Assembly (NCBI GenBank): GCA_016840095.1
Contig: JAEOSZ010000036.1
Coordinates: 1-30,710 of the forward strand
Length of the DNA: 30,710 nt
Direction of reading: 5' to 3'
Source: Candidatus Heimdallarchaeota archaeon
Lineage (GTDB): Archaea; Asgardarchaeota; Heimdallarchaeia; Heimdallarchaeales; Heimdallarchaeaceae
The position numbers were made by a program, and so were the translations under genes. The notes under the pieces were generated by a model, which saw only the letters and a list, made by a program, of their open reading frames with translations, had not been told where the DNA came from and did not search any database. Positions 25,247 to 30,710 of the stretch are shown here, piece by piece; within the stretch, counting starts at the first letter, position 1, and the number at the start of each line of letters is the position of its first letter.

Positions 25247-25714
25247 ATGAAAAAATTAACAAAAAATAGAAAAGCACAACTCTTTATTATAGAAGCTTTT
25301 ATCGCTGTATCTGTTATGATTATCATGGTTACTGCGTTGTATGAGGTTCAAATAGCAACACAACCTCCAATAGTACCTAATTATCATGAAGAAGTATACA
25401 CTTCTCTCGAATCACTAGATGCAATCAATGTACTTGATAATTATATTTATTCAGTTATCAATAGTATGACTGAGAATATAACTTATTATCGTAATATTAT
25501 AAAAGAGGGTATTTATGGTTCTCTACCTGATAATGGTGAATTTAATCTTTACTATGAAAATATAACTTCAGGTATAGAATACACGGGAAGCTGGATAAAT
25601 AACCATCTCAGTCCTCCAACAGAAGCTATGGGTATTGATTATCTTATTGCAGAAGTAAATGGTGAATTGATTCCATGCACAATCCATCTGAAAGTATGGT
25701 TAAAAGGTGTTTAA
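25247..25714 (+). CDS. Type IV pilin-like protein (class III signal peptide)
   Basis: KNRKA|QLFIIEAFIAVSVMII. Confidence 0.85.
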   Translation: MKKLTKNRKAQLFIIEAFIAVSVMIIMVTALYEVQIATQPPIVPNYHEEVYTSLESLDAINVLDNYIYSVINSMTENITYYRNIIKEGIYGSLPDNGEFNLYYENITSGIEYTGSWINNHLSPPTEAMGIDYLIAEVNGELIPCTIHLKVWLKGV

Positions 25715-26393
25715 AATGAAAAGAATGCTTCGTAAAAACAAACAAGGGCAGGTTTTCTTACTGCTTTCAATAACTATACTTATCTTTCTTATAATTCTCT
25801 CAGCAACAGTATACCAAATAACACAAAGCCCATATATTAATCCCGCTCCAAATCAAAAACAATTATTGAACTATTTAGATAATGGAATTAATGCAATTGA
25901 TGATCTATCGAATGTTGCGCTATCGCAATTTTCTTTAGGAGCAAACCGTGATGATGTTCTTACAATTATGGATGATGGACTAAGTCAAATAGAAACCTAT
26001 TTTGATGATCACAATCTCCCTGCGATATTGACTTATGATGATCTAAATCTGGTTATAGTAAATTCTACAACAAATGTCAATCCAGTTTACATTCACTTCG
26101 AAGTAGAAGTTTCAATTCACATCAACAGTTTAGATTTATTCTATGAAAGTGTGATTTATCTGAATACTTCAATTTATATGGAGGCTTCCACTACTGTTGG
26201 CAACTTGAATTATGTCTACTTATACAAGGAAACAAATGGAATCAGATCAATGATAAATGATGCAACAGTATCCATTACACCTGTTACCCCTGTAACAAAT
26301 ATGGGTGATGGAAGTTATAGTGCAGATCTAATTGGTGGACAGACCATTACAGCAATACTTCCTCATAACATCTGGTTACAACTAGAATTATAA
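25707..26393 (+). CDS. Type IV pilin-like protein (class III signal peptide)
   Basis: KNKQG|QVFLLLSITILIFLII. The start could be the ATG at 25716. Confidence 0.8.
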   Translation: MFKMKRMLRKNKQGQVFLLLSITILIFLIILSATVYQITQSPYINPAPNQKQLLNYLDNGINAIDDLSNVALSQFSLGANRDDVLTIMDDGLSQIETYFDDHNLPAILTYDDLNLVIVNSTTNVNPVYIHFEVEVSIHINSLDLFYESVIYLNTSIYMEASTTVGNLNYVYLYKETNGIRSMINDATVSITPVTPVTNMGDGSYSADLIGGQTITAILPHNIWLQLEL

Positions 26394-26407
26394 AGAAAGA
26401 AGAATAT

Positions 26408-27034
26408 TTAATCTACATTTATTTTATGACCTTTGTCTTCTTTTTCTTGTTTTTTCCTTTTGATTACTACTTCCAAAACTCCATTCTTATATTTGGCTTT
26501 GGCAGTTGAGATATCTACGGGAACAGGCAGACTAACAGCTTTTTCATATTTCCTCGAATCTGAATGAGCCTTAATTCTTAGAGTTTCCTCAGTTCCAGTC
26601 AGATTTATGTCTCCTTTATTAATTCCAGGAACTTCAGCTATCACTCTAACAATATCTTTTTCTTTGAAAACATCTATCAATGGTTCTCTAGTTTCAGAAG
26701 TTTCTATATCACCATATGCTTTTGGTTTAAGATTTCCAAATTGATTGAAATTAGGATTCCCATCCTCATCTACCCCTATTTTGAAACCATAAACGAAAGG
26801 ATTGTTCAGCATATTTTCTAACATGCTAGGATCTATACCGTCTTCAAAATTATCCATAAGTTTCTTCAACATCTCATCAATCATTTTTCCAAATGATGAA
26901 CCTCTAATGAAGGGAAGAAAGTTTTCCATAATTTTGTTCATGTCTATATCCTCTCCTCCAAAGAAATCAAATGGATTATAAGAATCATCAGAAGGTTTTT
27001 CTTTCTTTTTTTTATCATCATCTTCTGGGGTCAT
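26408..27034 (-). CDS. hsp20: Archaeal small heat shock protein (Hsp20/alpha-crystallin)
   Basis: PFVYGF.I.....G.P....FGN, REPLIDV, AEVPG and AKYKNGVLEV. Confidence 0.95.
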   Translation of the reverse strand: MTPEDDDKKKKEKPSDDSYNPFDFFGGEDIDMNKIMENFLPFIRGSSFGKMIDEMLKKLMDNFEDGIDPSMLENMLNNPFVYGFKIGVDEDGNPNFNQFGNLKPKAYGDIETSETREPLIDVFKEKDIVRVIAEVPGINKGDINLTGTEETLRIKAHSDSRKYEKAVSLPVPVDISTAKAKYKNGVLEVVIKRKKQEKEDKGHKINVD

Positions 27035-27076
27035 AATAACTCACTAGTATTTGATAATAAAAAGTGGATAACTTTC

Positions 27077-27096
27077 TATATAAATAAGCTTATTTA
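27077..27096 (-). promoter_or_regulatory. hsp20 promoter: TATA box overlapped by a perfect 16-bp palindrome
   Basis: Minus-strand TTTATATA at 27084-27077; TAAATAAGCTTATTTA at 27081-27096. Confidence 0.55.
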
Positions 27097-27099
27097 GTG

Positions 27100-27130
27100 A
27101 AAAATAAAAGGAAAAGACTTGTAAGTCTTT
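27100..27130 (-). terminator. Inverted repeat plus T-rich tract downstream of the ATPase stop
   Basis: AAAGACTT-GT-AAGTCTTT at 27113-27130, followed on the minus strand by TCCTTTTATTTTT. Confidence 0.5.
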
Positions 27131-27131
27131 A

Positions 27132-28667
27132 TTATGCCTTAAGGCCTTTTCTTGCCTTTTCAAGGGTTCTATCAGGATCAGAATTATATTCTTGAATTAC
27201 TGAAGCTACATCTTCGAAGTATCGAATTCTTTTCTTAACCATCCATCTAAGGACTGTTTTTCTTTGCTCAAGTTCGTCAAAAATTTCTTGTTCAGCTAAA
27301 CCGGTATTCTCCATGATTTTTTCTAGAACATAGCTTCTTCCGAAGTAAATGAATGTATCATCTCTTGGATTCCACTGATAAAGTTTGTTTGTCAGAATTT
27401 CTTCTGTTACTGGATCCAAACCAATTAATTCTGTAACTGACTGAGTACGGCGTGCAAATTTAGATTGTAGTCTTACTTTCCTAATAACATGAATCAAATC
27501 TAATGATTTCATCATGCTTCGTGGAATGTTCATAGGTTTACTCTCTAATCTATGGATAACTCCTTCTACAGAATCACCGTGAATGGTTCCTAAACCTCTG
27601 TGACCAGTGCTCATTGCTTGGAACATGGCATATGCTTCTTCTCCTCTGATTTCACCTACTATTATGTAGTCTGGTCTTTGTCTCATTGCTGCACGAAGCA
27701 ATTCATACATCGAAATTTGACCTCTTCTAAACCCTGATTCAGTAGTTTCACCAAAACCTGAACGAACAACACTTGGAATCCAGTTTTCATGAGCTAAATT
27801 CAACTCAGCTGTATCCTCAATTGTTACTACTTTCATGTCTGGTTTAATCATCATAGAAATTGTATTCAGCAGTGTGGTTTTTCCAGCAGCTGTTCCTCCA
27901 GCAATTAATGTACTGATATTATGTTCCATTGTAAACCAGTAATAAGCTGCTATATCTAGATCAATAGTATTGTAAAGAATTAAATCTGTGATTGTGAAAG
28001 GATCAGCTTTGAATTTTCTTGCAGTAAATGTAGAACCTCGTTGAGTTACTTCTTTACCATATGTCAATTGTATTCTGCTACCATCAGGTAGAGAAGCATC
28101 TAAAAGAGGATTTGCAATACTAATATGTCTGTTAGCTCTCTGAGCAAGTTTTATGATAAAACTATCTAACTCCTCCTCTGTATCTAATGAGATGTTTGTA
28201 GATATAGATTCATATTTTCTATGCCAAACATAAATTGGGATACCAGTTCCATCACATGAGATATCTTCAATATTTGGATCCAACATAAAGGGTTGAATCT
28301 TACCATATCCGATTAAATCTCGTGAAAGATAATACATAATTTTTTCAAATTGTGATTCATTTAGTGCAATACGATAACGCTTAATGATATCTACTATTTT
28401 CTTTTTTAGAAATTCTTCTGCCTTTTCTGTTGATTTAAGGACTGTAAAGTCAACATCTAGTTCATCCACCATTATTGAAAAGATTTTATTATAAATGGCG
28501 GTTTCCTTGCTATCTAGCGGAATTTCCACTACCATATATTGAGTACGTTTAGTGGTAGGATCAGTCTGAATGAGAACATAAGAGAAAGGAGGGCTTACTG
28601 GATATGTCTCTTCAAGAATCGGAACTGCCGCTGTATCAACAAAGGCTTCACCAGTATCTTCTTGCAT
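27132..28667 (-). CDS. Type II/IV secretion system ATPase (archaeal pilus assembly ATPase, ArlI/TadA-like)
   Basis: DPNIEDISCDG, Walker A GGTAAGKTT, Asp box IEDTAEL, Walker B RPDYIIVGEIRG, His box TGHRGLGTIH. Confidence 0.95.
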   Translation of the reverse strand: MQEDTGEAFVDTAAVPILEETYPVSPPFSYVLIQTDPTTKRTQYMVVEIPLDSKETAIYNKIFSIMVDELDVDFTVLKSTEKAEEFLKKKIVDIIKRYRIALNESQFEKIMYYLSRDLIGYGKIQPFMLDPNIEDISCDGTGIPIYVWHRKYESISTNISLDTEEELDSFIIKLAQRANRHISIANPLLDASLPDGSRIQLTYGKEVTQRGSTFTARKFKADPFTITDLILYNTIDLDIAAYYWFTMEHNISTLIAGGTAAGKTTLLNTISMMIKPDMKVVTIEDTAELNLAHENWIPSVVRSGFGETTESGFRRGQISMYELLRAAMRQRPDYIIVGEIRGEEAYAMFQAMSTGHRGLGTIHGDSVEGVIHRLESKPMNIPRSMMKSLDLIHVIRKVRLQSKFARRTQSVTELIGLDPVTEEILTNKLYQWNPRDDTFIYFGRSYVLEKIMENTGLAEQEIFDELEQRKTVLRWMVKKRIRYFEDVASVIQEYNSDPDRTLEKARKGLKA

Positions 28668-28741
28668 GAATTAATAATATCTACTACACTTTTTAAAGAT
28701 TGTTTTCATATTAGCTTAAAAATGTTAAAATAAAATAGAAA

Positions 28742-29206
28742 TTAATCAATTAAGGTTACACTAACATCTAAGCCATCATATTCATAGACTATTGTTGGAG
28801 CAGGATTTAAACTTGAAATAGTTCCTGACATTAACAATACTGTAGGCTCTATAAACAATGAAATTGTTACATAAACCTCTGCGTTTTCAATTGCAGTTGC
28901 TTTTAATGAATATGAACTTACTGTAGAAGTTACTTCGATAAGATAAGGTTCTCCTTGAACTTCTTCCGGAAGCGATAACGGTCGCTGCATCGTAATAGAT
29001 AGAGCACCTAGGGTAATTTGATTTTGACCTTCATTTACAAGATTATGAATCGTTTCCGCCAGATTCTGTAAAATGTTCTCCAAATTCGTCTCAAAAGCCG
29101 TTTCTTCCATAGTATTATTTATAGCCATCATTGTGACTGATATGCCTGCTATTGCTAGGGTTCCTACAAGAAGAATGGATAAATACATGATATACTCGCT
29201 TGGCAT
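28742..29206 (-). CDS. Pilin-like protein lacking a basic leader
   Basis: N-terminal hydrophobic helix, an amphipathic helix, then a small beta domain. Lies between a pilin gene and the ATPase; GGAG Shine-Dalgarno. Confidence 0.65.
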   Translation of the reverse strand: MPSEYIMYLSILLVGTLAIAGISVTMMAINNTMEETAFETNLENILQNLAETIHNLVNEGQNQITLGALSITMQRPLSLPEEVQGEPYLIEVTSTVSSYSLKATAIENAEVYVTISLFIEPTVLLMSGTISSLNPAPTIVYEYDGLDVSVTLID

Positions 29207-29216
29207 GAAACTCTCC

Positions 29217-30077
29217 TTAACTTAATGATACGTTTATTACTATATTAATTTGATTTGCAATAATTCTGTGGACAGTATAATCTGGATTTGCTGGGAAATA
29301 AATCGGGTACTCATACAACCGATATCTATACTGGTTTATCAATGTGATTTCACCTTGCATATCGTTATTATAAGTTATCTCTCCAAGATATTGGGTTTCT
29401 GTTCCAGCATATGTTAGTTGGATATCGATATACTTCTGTGTGTCAAAGAATAATGTTGGTAACTCTTCTTGAACAAATTTCACATTAACTATATCCATGT
29501 AGTAGATTTCTTCAATTCCTGCAGCATAGTACTCAGTTATTAATGAATATCTGTAATAGAGTGCCAGTTCTAGATAAGCTGGTTCATATACATTTCTTGA
29601 AGCATTTAAAACAGATATATCATTGTAGACTGTGCTACTTCCATTTAGAAATAAATAGTCCTGTTCTTGAGGTCCAACAATATACCTGTGCTCTCCTTCA
29701 TTAAAATCTTCGACTGCTGTACTACGATGAGTAATCCTCGTTACATTATCTTGAAAAACCAAATTCGTTTGAATCCCTAAGATATCCTTCAACACAAATG
29801 CAAAAGTCCAATCTTCAACTACTTGCAGACTTCCTTCTTCTTGAACATAGAGAAAGTCAGTACTTCTTGGAGGTAGATTCTGGATCAAATCTTGAATTGT
29901 TGCATCAAGAGCAATGAAATACAGATTAGTGCTATTATTGTAACTCTTATCCTTAAACTGGGTAATGCTTGGCATCATATAAACTAGCGAAATCCCTATT
30001 GCAGCAATTATTAGTGCAAACATTAACACTACTGATACAATAGGAGAGATAGCTCTTCGATTCATTCTGAATTTCAT
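29217..30077 (-). CDS. Type IV pilin-like protein (archaeal pilin N-terminal motif)
   Basis: MNRRA|ISPIVSVVLMFALII is a canonical archaeal class III signal peptide. Confidence 0.88.
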   Translation of the reverse strand: MKFRMNRRAISPIVSVVLMFALIIAAIGISLVYMMPSITQFKDKSYNNSTNLYFIALDATIQDLIQNLPPRSTDFLYVQEEGSLQVVEDWTFAFVLKDILGIQTNLVFQDNVTRITHRSTAVEDFNEGEHRYIVGPQEQDYLFLNGSSTVYNDISVLNASRNVYEPAYLELALYYRYSLITEYYAAGIEEIYYMDIVNVKFVQEELPTLFFDTQKYIDIQLTYAGTETQYLGEITYNNDMQGEITLINQYRYRLYEYPIYFPANPDYTVHRIIANQINIVINVSLS

Positions 30078-30389
30078 TGTATGGAATTAATATAACATGC
30101 CTAAATTAAAGTTTATCGGAATTCTCCTTCAAAATATATATTCTGATTCGTGTAAGGCATGATTTTTTGAGTTGTTGTTTATAATGCTTTTAAAATCACT
30201 TTGACAAGCGTAATTTTCTCGTATTATTTTTGTCGGATATTTCAAGGCTTAAAAAAGAATTTTACCTTAATTAGATGATTGTAGTAAAGGCTTAAATATG
30301 ATTTTGAATCTTCTATTGTACCTACTTGAAACACTAGGATTTGTAAAATCATAAACCAAGTAGAAAACTCGTCGGGGTTTATTAACTAA

Positions 30390-30710
<321 letters not shown>

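Noticed and set aside
21826-30077. Calling the locus an archaellum operon
   Set aside because: No archaellin, ArlH, ArlF or ArlG recognisable, and the platform is split into two genes, unlike the single ArlJ.

Overview
AT-rich archaeal chromosomal segment, most likely from an Asgard archaeon (Heimdallarchaeia-like). This is inferred from two Rab-like small GTPases, a gelsolin-domain protein, a RING-finger protein and eukaryote-leaning Top6A and RadA sequences, alongside archaeal markers (Alba, DGGGP synthase, archaeal GluRS, class III signal-peptide pilins). In order: the 3' part of a large helix-hairpin-helix repeat protein with a K/T/S tail, overlapping a Spo11/Top6A gene; Alba; a co-oriented trio of a CPBP/Rce1-like membrane protein, a Rab-like GTPase and a HEAT-repeat protein; housekeeping genes (DGGGP synthase, radA, dUTPase, gltX, DPM1-like GT2); a membrane-anchored RING protein; degenerate TrpF-like and DAO-like proteins; a second Rab-like GTPase convergent with a gelsolin-domain gene; a GC-enriched multi-hairpin intergenic element (candidate ncRNA); a type IV pilus-like locus in two convergent halves around hsp20; and the start of a probable class II ribonucleotide reductase. 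No rRNA, tRNA, CRISPR array or mobile element was recognised. All family calls come from motif recognition by eye, not from database searches.
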